Below, one piece after another: positions 30,113-41,092 of a stretch of 64,000 bases of DNA. How positions within the stretch are numbered: position 1 is the stretch's first letter; every line of letters starts with the position of its first letter. The stretch is from Prasinococcaceae sp. CCMP 1430. Taxonomy: Eukaryota > Plantae > Prasinodermophyta. A program made the translations under genes and the position numbers. Where the stretch lies: NCBI GenBank assembly GCA_013416795.1, contig RQSC01000012.1, positions 1-64,000 of the forward strand, in the 5' to 3' direction. The notes under the pieces were generated by a model. That model was not told where the DNA came from. It saw only the letters and a program-made list of their open reading frames with translations, and ran no database searches.

Positions 30113-32674
30113 TGCGTGCGCGCACGCTGCGCCCTCCGCGAGCAATTCAGCTGGTGGGAAGGGCTGATAGGTTCCGATGGTATTGACGTGGGCGGTGGGG
30201 AGAGCCCCGCCCGCCGGAGCGTGGCATGTGAGCCTCGCGCTCTCCCACTGTGCGCGCGCCCGCGCGGGTCTCTCATGTTCATTTTCCTCACTTTGTTCCC
30301 CTCGCAATGCAAGCGACTGACGGTTTTGCGTATGGCGCGACTCCCGGCACGCCGCGGCACCCCGCTACCGCTGCTGCCGGTTGCTTGCTTGCACTCCCTC
30401 GCATCTCGCACCAACCGGATGGCCCGCTTCGGGACCGCGCGTGCCATGGCTCTGCAGGCGACGCCCAAGAAGAAGACGCAGTCGCTCAAGTTCGTGGTGC
30501 GTGCGCGTTGGTGTTCGCTGCGCGACGCTTGAGCGAGTACGCGCGACAGGGAGCCGGCGCCAAGGCACCCCTGTGGCGTTGCGCCGTTGTACTCATGTGA
30601 TCGCAGGGACTTGCGCTTGGCATCTTTGCGCGCGTAGCAGCCGCCGCTGGAGCAAGCGCGCGATGGCATGCTAGAGAGCATGGCATCGGCGCAACATGCG
30701 GGGTGCGCCGTCGCGTTCCGCTTTGGTGTCATCAATCCACAGCAGCCGCCCGCGGCGCGGCGCGCCCCGACAGTGGGCTCTTTCACGTCGGTTTTCAGTG
30801 GCTCACGAATCTCACACCATCCAACACGGCCGCTTCCGCTCCCACGCCCCCCCCCCACACACACCCACACCATCACAACCTTTCCGCACACGCCCCTACA
30901 GAATGGCTATGCTATCGCGGCTGATGTGCCGGGCACCCAGTCGGTGCAGAGCCCGATGGCAGCGACGATGAGGGTGCCACCGGCAGCGAGCACTGCAATG
31001 TCTGGCCCGACGGCGGAGGCGCGCCCCGCGTGGGTGGCGTACGACCGCAAGGTGCTGCGCTTCTACGGCTACTTCAAGGAGACTGTCACCGAGTCCTCCC
31101 AAGAGAACTTCCGCGTGCGCCGCTGCGTGATCTACTACTACCTCGAGGACGGGAGCATCCACGTGGAAGAGCCCAAGCAGGCAAATTCGGGCATCCCGCA
31201 GGGCGTCTTCTTGAAGCGCCATCGCATCCCCAAGAGCGACGGCAGCTACGTGGGCCTGAGCGACCTCGTAGTCGGCCAGGTAGCCAAGTTCTACGGTCGC
31301 TCGTTCTGCATTCTCTCGTGCGACCCCTTCACGCGCTCGTTCCTCACAGAGCAGGGCATCGAGGTGGCCCCCGATCAGGACCTGTCGAAGGAGGGCGAGC
31401 CTATCGAGGAGTACCGCGCGGCGCACATGAAGAAGGGCACTGGCGGCCCACCCAAGCCGCGCCACGACAGCCTCACGCGCTTCATCGAGGCCAATCTTGG
31501 CCGCGCATCCAACTCGTTGAACGACGACAAGCTTGCGCAATTTGTGGAGAACGACGGCAAAGTGCTGCGCTTCTTCTGCGTGTGGGATGATCGCGACTCA
31601 TACGCTGGCGACCGTCTCAAGTACATCCTCCACTACTTCCTGGCGGATGACACCGTCGAGATCCTCGAAAAGCACGGGGCCAACACCGGGCGCACGCCCT
31701 TCCCGGTCTTCCTCAAGCGCGACAAGCTGCCACTCGGTCAGGCGCCCGCGTCGACCCTTGGCTCGACTGGCCCTCCTGTGGGCAGCGTGCGCGCGGAGCA
31801 CCTACGCGTGGGTTCGACGCTCAGCGTCTTCGGTCGCAACTTTTTCATCTACGCGTGCGACGAATTCACGCGCAACTACTACATGGAGACCATGGGCCTG
31901 GACGCCGCCGCGCTGGCGCCCATTGACGTCACGGAGGAGGTCAAGCCGCTGGCCACGAACGAGCTGCCGCCCCACAACGGCTTCGGCTCGCTCGAGGACT
32001 CGAGGCAGAACTGCATCATGCTCATTGCAAAGCCGCCCAAGAAAAACTTCCACAAGATTATGGACAACGAGAAGAAGCTCATGCGCTTCATCGCCCGCAT
32101 GTCGGAGGACCCCGTGCTGGCGCCGGGCTACAAGCTCGCCGCAGCCGACGTGGACCGCCGCTTCATCCTACAGTACTTCCTCGCTGACGACACCATCTCC
32201 ATCTTTGAGCCACCATCGCGCAACTCGGGCGTCATCGGCGGCAAGTTCCTCGAGCGCACCAAGGTCACCGCGCCCAACAGCACGCAGGCGTACCCGCAGA
32301 ACGCGCTCTTCGTGGGGGCGCGCCTCAGGGTGCACAACCGCTGCTTCGACCTGGTGGAGGCTGATGAGTACACGCTCTCCTACATGGAGCAGAACTCCGA
32401 CCTCTTCACCATGAGCGACGCCGCGAAGGTGAGGGCCAAGGCCGGTGAGGCCCTTGCGGGCGCGGACGAGAAACTGCGGAGCGCGTTCATCGAGTTCGAC
32501 ACCGACGGCAGCGGCAGCCTGTCGGCCTCGGAGATCGAGGTGGGTGTCACCAAGACCGGTGCTGATCTCACCAGGCAGGAGATCACCACGCTCGTGCGCT
32601 CTTTCGACAAGGGTGACGGGAAGGTGAGCATTGCCGAGTTCTTCCAGGCCTTCGGAAAATCGTACAAGGAGTAG
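29817..32674 (+). CDS. RIB72: RIB72/EFHC1 axonemal inner protein (three DM10 domains plus EF-hand)
   Basis: Exons 29817-29879 (LPMLPGFS), 30458-30496 (ATPKKKTQSLKFV) and 30902-32674 (NGYAI...; DRKVLRFYGYF, DGKVLRFFCVWDD, KKLMRFIARM...FILQYFLADDTISIFEP; DTDGSGSLS). Confidence 0.95.
30064..30111 (+). repeat. Poly-G tract (G13-A-G34) in RIB72 intron 1
   Basis: Seen directly. Length may be unreliable. Confidence 0.9.
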
Positions 32675-33019
32675 GCGGACACAAAGCTTTGTATGCCCAG
32701 CGCCAAGGATGCGACGCAGCGAGGGGCGGCGACGCGCCCCTTTTTTCAAAGCCCTGTGACCCCCCTCGCCCCCTCCGTCGACCCAACGCTACTCCATCCC
32801 ATGGCGTATCTCGCAGCTCACAGCGCTGCACCTATATACAGTACTATCCCGTAAAAAGGCTTGAAATTGGAATCACCTCGAGCCCGCCAGCCAAGAAGTG
32901 GACACGCGAAGCACACTTCCACGCCCGCTGCAGCCAACTTACAAAGAAAGATGTGGGGGGGAGCGAGCTGCGTGTGAGCTCAAGCACGCCGTCGTGTACT
33001 TCTGCGTGGCCATGCGTCA

Positions 33020-35338
33020 TCACTCGCCGACAATCGGGCTCGCAGGCCCCTGCGTGCGACTGAGCTTGGCGATGGCGTAGTGCCCGCCGAGGTACTCGAA
33101 GCACACTTTCAGATCGGTCGCGTTCGCATCACCTTCCTTCTTCAGCACTTCGACGGTGGTCTTGTTGGTCATCGCCGCGCGCATGAGAGCCTTGCATTCG
33201 GCGTCGAGCTCAACCACGCCCTGTGTCATGTGCTGGTGCTTCCTGTAGTGCTGCAGGCACATCACCGTGCTCTGGAAGCACTCCCCCGCGTACGTCAGCA
33301 GCTGCGTCTGGTCAAAGCTCGATGCGTCCGTCGATTTCAGGTACGATTCGTACTGCAGCGGTGGCGGCAGGGTCACACGGTGCAGCACGACGTAGCGCTG
33401 CTCGAAGCGTTCCCGTCCGCCGTTCATCTTCGTGTCCCACTCGCGCGTGTGACCGCCCACCTCGAGCGCCGCCAGCAGGCGCACGATCCCCCGAAAGCAC
33501 CAGCGCCGCGCCTCAGACAGGATCGCCAGGCTCTGCAGTGAGGCAAGCTTGCGCCGCATGGCCTGCGACGCCTTGCTTTCCGTGGACTTGCTACCGGCCG
33601 CGCCCCCCGCGCCACCGGCCTTGTCCTTCTTTGCCTGCTTCTTCTTGTCTTTCTTGCCCGCCTTGCTGCCGCTGCCACTGGCAGCCTTCGCGTCCGCCCC
33701 GCCACCCTTGCTGCCCTCGCCGGCACCGCCGCCCTTGCCCTTCTCCGCCTTCTCTGCCGCGTCCTTCTTTTCTGCCTCAAGCGCCTTGAAGCCACTGGTG
33801 ATGAGCTGCGTGTAGCCCTCGCCCATCATGCCCAAGAGGTAATCACAGTACCAGTAGAACATAGAGAGCTCCGCCTCGTGGTAGAGCTTGAGCTCGCAGC
33901 CGAGCAAGAGGTGCTGCAGCTGCAGGCTGGTCGACAACAGCGTGGTGTACGTGCGGCACATGGCCCCCGCCCATGGCGTCTCGCGCCAACTGCTGGACTG
34001 CGCCTCAAGGGCCTTCGCGATGGCAGGGTAGTCCACTACTGCCGCATCCTGCGCCATGACCTCGCAGTCCTCCAGACAGTGCAGCAGGCGCCGGCGGTGG
34101 CGCCCGCGATTGCAGAGCTTAACGCGTGCGACGTTCGTGACGGCAGTCACGCCCGAGCGCAGGAACGTGAGCAGGCTGTCGACGTCGGTGGGCACAGGCG
34201 TGGGGCTAAGCCATACATCCGAGGCGACCATCGCGAGCGGCGAGCACACGCCCATAACGAGCTTGGAGGGCCCCGTCTCGAGGCGCTTCGCCAGAGCGCC
34301 GCGCGACAGGCAGCTCTTGAGCGAGGGCGCAACGCGGCCGAGCATCTCGAGCAGGCCGAGCGCGCCGCTCGAGCTGTCCCAGTCGAGGCGGGCAACGCTC
34401 TGCAGCTGCTCAAGCACGCCGCGGAGGTACACCAACGCCTCGCTTCCGCGTGCGATGGTGATCTTGCGCGGCGGCGCGGGCGCGAGCAGACGCCGGGTGA
34501 CCGACTCATCGAAGCCGTGCTGCGCGCTGGGCTCAGTCGGCTCGCAGCCATCCTGTGCGTAGGCGTCACGCAGCTCGTCGAGCGCCGCCAGTGCGAGCGT
34601 GAGCGCCTTAACACCATCTGCAGGGACGGGCCCCTCCGCCTCGATCACCCAAAGCAGCGAGTTGAGATGCAGCCGGCGCATGCGCAGCCGCTTCAGCACC
34701 GCTCGGCGCTCCGCGGGCTTCCACGCCGCTGGGGCGTGCGCCGGCGCCGCCTCGTCTGCGGGAGCGTCTCCCAGCGCCTCGATGCTCTCCTCCGTCTTGG
34801 CCAGCGCGAGGCTTGCCGCGTGGCCCTCACCCACCGTCGGTGAGTCGCCGGGCAGACCGAAGGTGTACGTGACGAAGTCCTCCTCCTCGTGCACGGAGCT
34901 CGTCTCGAGCAGCGTCTTGGCAGCGCAGACAGCATGCCACGTGGCCGTGCAGTACGCGCCGAGCACAGGATTGCCCGCCGTGGTCCGTTCAAGGTCATGA
35001 ACGTACAGACACGTCAGTACCGTCTGCGCCAGCGAGTAGCCAGTGTACCATCCCGCCTCGAGCGCGAGCACCTCGTCGAGCACAGCCAGCGTGCTGGCCG
35101 CGCCGAGCTCCAGCGGGGCGCGCCCAGCCGCAACTGCCTCCGCGACGGAACCTGCGGGCTCCTCCGCGCCCTCGTCATCCGGACGCTTCATGCCTGCGTC
35201 CAGCCGCGGGTCCATCACCTCCAGCGCCGCCATCGAGTCGAAGAGGCTGAAGCCCTCCACATGGAGCAGCTCACCGAGGTGCATCTGCGCTCGCGCGGCC
35301 GCGAGCGCGCCGCGCGCGTCTGCGTACGCGCGCGCCAT
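33020..35338 (-). CDS. NAA35: NatC auxiliary subunit NAA35/MAK10
   Basis: LGELLHVEGFSLFDSMAALEVMDPRLDAGM, WYTGYSLAQTVLTCLY, EEEDF, LYHEAELSMFYWYCDYL, RFEQRY. TTACA (minus-strand TGTAA) at 32939. Confidence 0.93.
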   Translation of the reverse strand: MARAYADARGALAAARAQMHLGELLHVEGFSLFDSMAALEVMDPRLDAGMKRPDDEGAEEPAGSVAEAVAAGRAPLELGAASTLAVLDEVLALEAGWYTGYSLAQTVLTCLYVHDLERTTAGNPVLGAYCTATWHAVCAAKTLLETSSVHEEEDFVTYTFGLPGDSPTVGEGHAASLALAKTEESIEALGDAPADEAAPAHAPAAWKPAERRAVLKRLRMRRLHLNSLLWVIEAEGPVPADGVKALTLALAALDELRDAYAQDGCEPTEPSAQHGFDESVTRRLLAPAPPRKITIARGSEALVYLRGVLEQLQSVARLDWDSSSGALGLLEMLGRVAPSLKSCLSRGALAKRLETGPSKLVMGVCSPLAMVASDVWLSPTPVPTDVDSLLTFLRSGVTAVTNVARVKLCNRGRHRRRLLHCLEDCEVMAQDAAVVDYPAIAKALEAQSSSWRETPWAGAMCRTYTTLLSTSLQLQHLLLGCELKLYHEAELSMFYWYCDYLLGMMGEGYTQLITSGFKALEAEKKDAAEKAEKGKGGGAGEGSKGGGADAKAASGSGSKAGKKDKKKQAKKDKAGGAGGAAGSKSTESKASQAMRRKLASLQSLAILSEARRWCFRGIVRLLAALEVGGHTREWDTKMNGGRERFEQRYVVLHRVTLPPPLQYESYLKSTDASSFDQTQLLTYAGECFQSTVMCLQHYRKHQHMTQGVVELDAECKALMRAAMTNKTTVEVLKKEGDANATDLKVCFEYLGGHYAIAKLSRTQGPASPIVGE

Positions 35339-35606
35339 CCCCGCCGGCGCCCGCCACCACCACGCGCAGGTTATCTACCGCCCGCGGGTCCTGCTCCCAC
35401 GCACACCAGCTGCCGGCGTCGCCTGTCGCCATGCCTGCGCCCGCAGCGCCGCCCGCGCAGCCCGCCACGAACGGCGACTCGTCGAGCCGCACACGCGTGA
35501 GCTTGGACACGTCGCACTGCGACGGCAGCTGTACCAGCACCAGCTCCTCGTCCTCGCCGAGCGGCTCAATCTCAGGCGCCTCCCATGGGTGTGTGGCCTC
35601 CTCCAT
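35271..35606 (-). CDS. Small ORF (111 aa), weakly reminiscent of RNA polymerase I subunit A34/PAF49 N-terminal domain; overlaps the NAA35 start
   Basis: MEEATHPWEAPEIEPLGEDEELVLVQLPSQCDVSKLTRVRLDE has coding-like composition and an E-rich ELxLxQxP pattern. Family assignment is tentative. Confidence 0.4.
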   Translation of the reverse strand: MEEATHPWEAPEIEPLGEDEELVLVQLPSQCDVSKLTRVRLDESPFVAGCAGGAAGAGMATGDAGSWCAWEQDPRAVDNLRVVVAGAGGDGARVRRRARRARGRASADAPR

Positions 35607-35717
35607 CGTCACACCGGCGCGCGCGGGAGGGAGGGAGGGAGGGAGGGAGGGGGACAAAAGAGCCGGCGCCCTCGAGCACTCGCGCTTGACGCGGGCCTCC
35701 TTCCCCCTTCCCTGCCN

Positions 35718-36484
35718 CGGCGGCGCACGGCGCGCAGGCGCGCTGCGCGCGCGCTGCGCGCCCGCGGAAGCGGCCGCGGAGACCAAGGAGGAGAAGCCGG
35801 CGCCGCCGCCGCTCTCGGTCGAGGACTCCGTCGGCAAGCTCGACATCCGCGTCGGCACCATCACCGCAGTGGAGAAGCACCCGGATGCGGACAGGTGCGC
35901 TCTACCCGCCCTGCCCTCTCGCGCGCCCTGGCCTACAGCGCTGCTGCGCACGAGCCTCCGGAAACCCTATGGCGCCCCTCTCTGCTGCCTGTTCCCACCT
36001 TCCCGCGCTGCTGCTGACCCCTACCTTGCCGCTCCTGTTCAGCCTGTACGTGGAGACCGTCGACATGGGCGAGGAGGAGCCGCGAACCATTGTGAGTGGT
36101 CTCGTTAAGTACGTGAGCGAGGACCAACTGCTCAACCGCAACGTGCTGGTGCTCGCCAACCTGAAGCCGCGCAACATGCGCGGCATCAAGAGCTTCGGCA
36201 TGCTCCTGTGCGCGTCCAACGAGGAGCACACGGAGGTCGAGCCTCTCACGCCGCCCGAGGGCGCCGTGCCTGGGGAGCGGCTGCGGTTCTGTGGCGGCGA
36301 AGACGGCGAGACTCCCGAGCCCGAGCCTGCGACGGGCAACGCCCTGCAGAAGAAGAAGATCTGGGAGCGCTCGCAGCCTGACTTCGCCACCGACGCAGAC
36401 GGTGCGCCTTCGTTCCGTGGCATCCCCTTCGTGACGTCTGCGGGGCCAGTGACGCCAACTATCCCCAACGGCACCATCTCATGA
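35718..36484 (+). CDS. EMAPII/Arc1p-type tRNA-binding OB-fold protein, probably plastid-targeted
   Basis: [60 protein letters not shown]. Intron 35895-36042. Start codon probably lost at the N at 35717. Confidence 0.9.
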
Positions 36485-36681
36485 GCCTGCGTCGTCGAAG
36501 CGCGCTCGCCAGTCGGTGGGAGCACACGCTTGCGCGTGTGTGTGCGCTAGCCTGACAGCCAATTTTAATAGAGGGACCTTACCTTGCCTGTAGGTGGCGT
36601 GCCACGGCGCGCGCGTCCCCTTATGACACACCACACTCACATGTTACAATACTTGTACGCGCGCGGCCCACGCGCAGGCGC

Positions 36682-37416
36682 TCAGCCCGGCCGTCGGTAA
36701 GGAGTGACGAGCTGCAGCAATGCCCGAGCGGGAGGCGTGTGCCAGACCTCGTCATAGCTGAAAATGCGGCCACCTCGCTCTTGCTCACGGAACGAGAAGA
36801 CAGTTGTGCCCTCCAGGTCGAGCCGCGCACCCCAGACAAAATCACCTACCATGCGCCAGCGTGCGGTCACAGTGCGCGTGTCTTCATCGAGCTTCGCGCT
36901 GAGCAACGCGCATTCTCGCGTGTCACGCCGGACGAGGCGCTCGACCCACGGCGTGAGGCCCTCCATGTTCTTCTCGAACGTTTGCAGACCGACGAACGAG
37001 AGCGTGGGATCGGTGAATCTGCACGCTTCATCGAAGACGTCCCTGCTGATGGCACCCGTCCAAAGATAGCTTTCATTGGTTTCGTGCAAGCACGTGCAGT
37101 ATTTGTACAGTATGCGTCAGCCAAGGCCAGAGCCAGCGTTGGAAGAGCGCCGGAGCTACGTGCGGAGCAGGGACGCTCACCTGTTGTCGACGAAGTCAGC
37201 ACGCACCCCCTCCAGCACCTGCTGTGGGCTGATGGGCTCGCGTGTATCTTCTTCTGAGAGGCGCTGCGCCTCGCGCTCGGCAGCGCGCGCGTCGACACCG
37301 GCTACCGCGTTTGCCACCGCCGTGAGCCCCGCGACGAGCGCCTTCACGGGCGCCGCCGCGCTGCCGCCGCGCCGCCCGNGCGCCGACGCCTTGCTCCGGA
37401 CGACTCTCGAGGTCAT
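36682..37416 (-). CDS. NTF2/SnoaL-like (DUF2358-type) protein with transit peptide
   Basis: Exon 37416-37181, intron 37180-37070, exon 37069-36682. Reads ADFVDNSYLWTG...FDEACRFTDPTLSFVGL...RWRM...GTTVF...IFSYDEVW. Confidence 0.8.
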
Positions 37417-37675
37417 GATTGCAGCGAATCAGTCCAGCGCCCCGCCGAGTGCGTTGTGGAGCATGTTCACGTTCCAACGATCACTGGCATGCACCGATAG
37501 CACCGATGTGCGAGGACAGGCGGGCGTCGGCGCTCTAGTGCCTGGTGCTGCGCCGGACGCCTCGATCGGCTGCGAGCGCCGCGTGCGCGTCCTCGCGGCT
37601 GGGGCGCGGCGGACGGGGCTGCCCGCGCCACGTGCGGGGGCTGGCGGCGACAGCAAGACCGCCGACGGCAGCGCC

Positions 37676-38221
37676 ATGGCGTCCAACGCCGAGCGCACGC
37701 AGGACATGTACGAGGAGTACGGCTTTGCGGCCGCTGGGGTGAAGGAGGTCGACGCTGCCACGCTCGACCTGTGGATGAAAGACGCGCCCGCCGGCTCACT
37801 CGCAGTCGTCGATGTGCGCCTGCCGGCTGAGCGCGAGGTGAGCATGATCCCCGGCGCGGTAGCCAAGGAGGAGTTCGAGAGCGGCGCAGCGGGTGCTGAG
37901 GCTACCAAGGTGGTTGCCTACTGCACCATCGGCAAGCGTTCTGGCGACTACGTCAAAAGCCTCGCAAAGTCGCGGCCCGAGCTCGAGTGCTACAACCTCA
38001 AGGGCAGCGTGCTCGCGTGGACGCACGCAGGGCTACCCCTCGTCACCGGCGACGGCAGCGACGCACCCACGCGCAAGGTGCACTGCTTTGGGGACAAGTG
38101 GAACATCCCAGGCGCGGGCTACGAGGGCATTGTCTTTGAGAAGACGCCGTGGGGTAAGCTCATCAAGGACAAGGCCAGCGCCATGCTACCCAAGTGGATG
38201 CGCGGCGGGGGCGGCAAGTAA
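37676..38221 (+). CDS. Single-domain rhodanese-like protein
   Basis: VVDVRLPAEREVSMIPGA, active-site loop YCTIGKRS, NLKGSVLAWTHAGLPL. Confidence 0.88.
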   Translation: MASNAERTQDMYEEYGFAAAGVKEVDAATLDLWMKDAPAGSLAVVDVRLPAEREVSMIPGAVAKEEFESGAAGAEATKVVAYCTIGKRSGDYVKSLAKSRPELECYNLKGSVLAWTHAGLPLVTGDGSDAPTRKVHCFGDKWNIPGAGYEGIVFEKTPWGKLIKDKASAMLPKWMRGGGGK

Positions 38222-38282
38222 GTTGTCTGTCTTGCTATAATTACAAATGGCGCCAGAGGGTCTCGCAGTCCCGCTCGCTCGG

Positions 38283-39746
38283 TTACGCACCGCCCGCGGC
38301 CTGCACCTTGCTGCTTGTGGCGTGCGCCGTCCTTCCAGGCTTCATCTTCCCCCCCTCTTGCATGGCACGCCCGTGCTCCAGGACCGCGAGCTCGGTGTCT
38401 GCGCCCACCTGGCAGCCGCGGAGATCCAAAGTCATCAGGGTGGTGTTCTCCTCAAGCGCCTCGTGTATGAGCCTGCCACCGTCGACGCCGATGAGGTTGC
38501 AACTGAGGTCGACCTCCTTGAGCGTGATATTAGCGCGCAGCATGTCCGACACAGCCGAGGCGGAGGCCGTGCCGAGCGCATTGGCAGAGACGTTGAACCT
38601 CTCCAGCGAGGTGTTGTGCACCAGCGCGTCACACATAGCGCGGCCGCCGTCGTCGCCCACGCGGTTAAGGCGCATGTTGAGACTGAGAAGGCTCGTGTTG
38701 GTCTTGAGCGCGCGCGCGAGCGCCCGCCCGCCCTCGGTGTGGATTGAGTTGTCGCACAGGTCAAGGTAGAAGATGACCGAGTGATGGTCGAGCAGCTTCG
38801 CCAGCGCGCGCGCACCGCGGTCGGCGATGCGATTGTGGCTCAGATCGAGATGTGTGACGCTCGCATTGTCGACGAGGCCACTCGCGAGCATGCGACAGCG
38901 GTCGTCGTCGATCAGGTTGCTAGAGAGCGTCAGGTGCGTGAGCGTCTCACAGCGCTTTAGCGCTGCCGCCAGGCTTTGGCAATCGCTCAGCTTCATCCCG
39001 AAGAGGCTCTTGTCGTAGTCCATTCCCACGTTGCGCATCGAGTATGTCAGGTCCAAGCCCGTGAGGTGCGAGCCCATCGAGTCAAAGAGCACGTTGAGGT
39101 CCATGTGTGACGGCAGCTGGCGCACGGTGAGGTTGCGAACGTAGCGCCGGCTAAAGGCTAGGAGGCGCTTGAGGTCGCTCACGTCGGTCTTGCTTGGGTC
39201 GTACGTCTCTAACACGGCCTGCAGATTGCGTTCGAAGTAGAGCTGCTTCCACGAGCCACCGTGGCTCACCACGTCCAAGTTGTGCCAGCGCGCCGCCGAG
39301 CGCCGCTTCCAGTAGCCCTCATCGGCGACCACGCGGCCCACGAGCTCGAGTGGCAGATCTAGACGCAGCTTGTCCACAATAGACTTCACATGGCGCGGCG
39401 GCAGGTCGCCGAAGGTAGGGCGGTCCTCGAAGTTCGACGCGATCACCTGCACGCACATGTCCCTCAGCGGCGTCAGGAAGCGCTGCTGGTACGGCTTGCG
39501 GTTGAGGCCAGACACACGCACGGTCTCGGTGGCCTCGGTTTCCTCTATAGCGCCTGCAGCACCCTCGACCTGCTGCTGATGTGTCAGGCTCAACCGAGAG
39601 CTCGAACGCCGAATCCGCGAATCGCTCGTGCCCGGTGTTGCCACGGGTGTGCCGTCCGCAGTGGGCCCCACAGGCCCCGGGGTCGTGTCAGCGCCGGTGG
39701 GCGCGGCGACACTGACCTCCGGGACGGGGGGCGAATCGACGGCCAT
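38283..39746 (-). CDS. DRC5: Dynein regulatory complex subunit 5 (TCTE1/DRC5), LRR protein
   Basis: LRDMCVQVIASNF, LDLPLELVG..VADEGYWKRR, HGGSWKQLYFERNLQ, YSMRNVGMDYDKSLFGMKLSDC, followed by RNI-like LRRs. Confidence 0.9.
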   Translation of the reverse strand: MAVDSPPVPEVSVAAPTGADTTPGPVGPTADGTPVATPGTSDSRIRRSSSRLSLTHQQQVEGAAGAIEETEATETVRVSGLNRKPYQQRFLTPLRDMCVQVIASNFEDRPTFGDLPPRHVKSIVDKLRLDLPLELVGRVVADEGYWKRRSAARWHNLDVVSHGGSWKQLYFERNLQAVLETYDPSKTDVSDLKRLLAFSRRYVRNLTVRQLPSHMDLNVLFDSMGSHLTGLDLTYSMRNVGMDYDKSLFGMKLSDCQSLAAALKRCETLTHLTLSSNLIDDDRCRMLASGLVDNASVTHLDLSHNRIADRGARALAKLLDHHSVIFYLDLCDNSIHTEGGRALARALKTNTSLLSLNMRLNRVGDDGGRAMCDALVHNTSLERFNVSANALGTASASAVSDMLRANITLKEVDLSCNLIGVDGGRLIHEALEENTTLMTLDLRGCQVGADTELAVLEHGRAMQEGGKMKPGRTAHATSSKVQAAGGA

Positions 39747-40854
39747 CGCGCCTTGAGGGGGGGAGGGGGGTCACGTGCACGACAGGCGCGCGCGCACGCG
39801 CGGCAGCTCTCGCGCCCAGTGTTCGCCCGCCTCCACGCGGCAGGTTCCCCACCGCGGCTTCTCCCCCTCTCCCTTGCGCCTCTGCGCCCTCGCGCGCGAG
39901 CGCCCCGCAGCCGGCCCGCTGCGGCCGCTGCGCGTGTGGCGCCTGGACGCCCGCTGCTCCCTCTGCTCACCACCTCGGGCGCCTTTCCCCTCCACCACCG
40001 CCACACGCACCACCCCGCGTGCGGCGCGTCCGGCTGCCGCCGCGGCCGCCCGCCTCGTCTACCGCCTGCAGCTTCCTGTTGCCCTCCATCATCTTGAGCA
40101 CACTCCCGCCCCGGCCCTGGCGCGAGCGTACGCGGGCCCGGCTGCGGCCCCGACACGCGTTCCCCGCGCACGGGCGTCGCCCAAATCGGTCTCCCTCCTC
40201 CGTTTAGGTTTCGGTTTGACGTCTGTTCGGCGTCGCGGTATTTAAGGTTTTAACGGACCCTCTCTCGGGACGTCAGCATTGGCACGGGCGCGTGGCCGCG
40301 ACGGCCCGCGTGCACGTGCCGGGGAATCATCGCGCACGTGGCCCCGTGGGACCCCTTCACGACTCCGGCGGTGCCCCGCCGCCGACCCGGAACCTGCCAC
40401 CGGCGGCGGGGGGGGGGGGGCAACCTCCGCGGGTGAACCCGGGTCGACCGTCCCATTTACTCGCAGGAGAAGAAGAAGAAAAATCGGCTCCCGCACCCGC
40501 CAACCAATAGCGCGCAGTCGCCGGCGCGGCGGCTGCTGACGCCCGCCGAAATTCAGGTACGCGATGAAAAGGGTCTGTATCAACGCGTCGATGTGTGCTT
40601 TTTGGCGTCGCTTCGAAGGGACCTTCGTTCGGGTTTCGGCGCGCGCGCGCCAGCCGCCGGACCGGCGGCGCTTTTTCCCCCCTTTTGCGCTGCGCGCGCA
40701 CGCGCGCGCGTTCATCCGCGCCGGATTTCGTTTTTCGTCGTTCGTCGCGCGAAACGCGCGCGCGCGCTCTCGGCCCCCCCGTCTGCGCGGCGTTCTCGCG
40801 GCCCAAAGGACACGCGCGAGCGCGCGGGTCGCCCATCCGCAGAAGGGCCGCCGN

Positions 40855-41089
40855 GGGGCGGCGGGCTCGGCGGAGGGCTCGGCGGCGGGCTCGGCGGTGG
40901 AGAGGGCGGCTGGGGCGGCGGGCTTGGTGGAGGTGACGGCGGCGGGATCGGCGGTGGGCTCGGCGGCGGTCGCGGCGGAGGCGACGGTGGCGGAGAGGGC
41001 GGCGGAGAGGGTGGCGGCGAAGGTGGAGGAGACGGCGGTGGCGACGGCGGTTGAGATGGCGGTGGAGACGGCGGTGGAGATGGCGGTGG
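40855..41089 (-). repeat. (Ser-Pro3)n extensin/HRGP-like coding repeat, antisense to and just upstream of the AVT1-like ORF
   Basis: One minus frame reads PPPSPPPSPPPSQPPSPPPSPPPSPPPSPPPSPPPSPPPRPPPSPPPIPPPSPPPSPPPQPPSPPPSPPPSPPPSPPP. Ser uses TCT/TCG/TCA/AGC codons. Abuts the N at 40854. Confidence 0.8.
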
Positions 41090-41092
41090 TAG

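Noticed and set aside
30446-30496. MALQATPKKKTQSLKFV resembling the RPL22 N-terminus
   Set aside because: No downstream RPL22 exons. It fits in frame as a RIB72 micro-exon.
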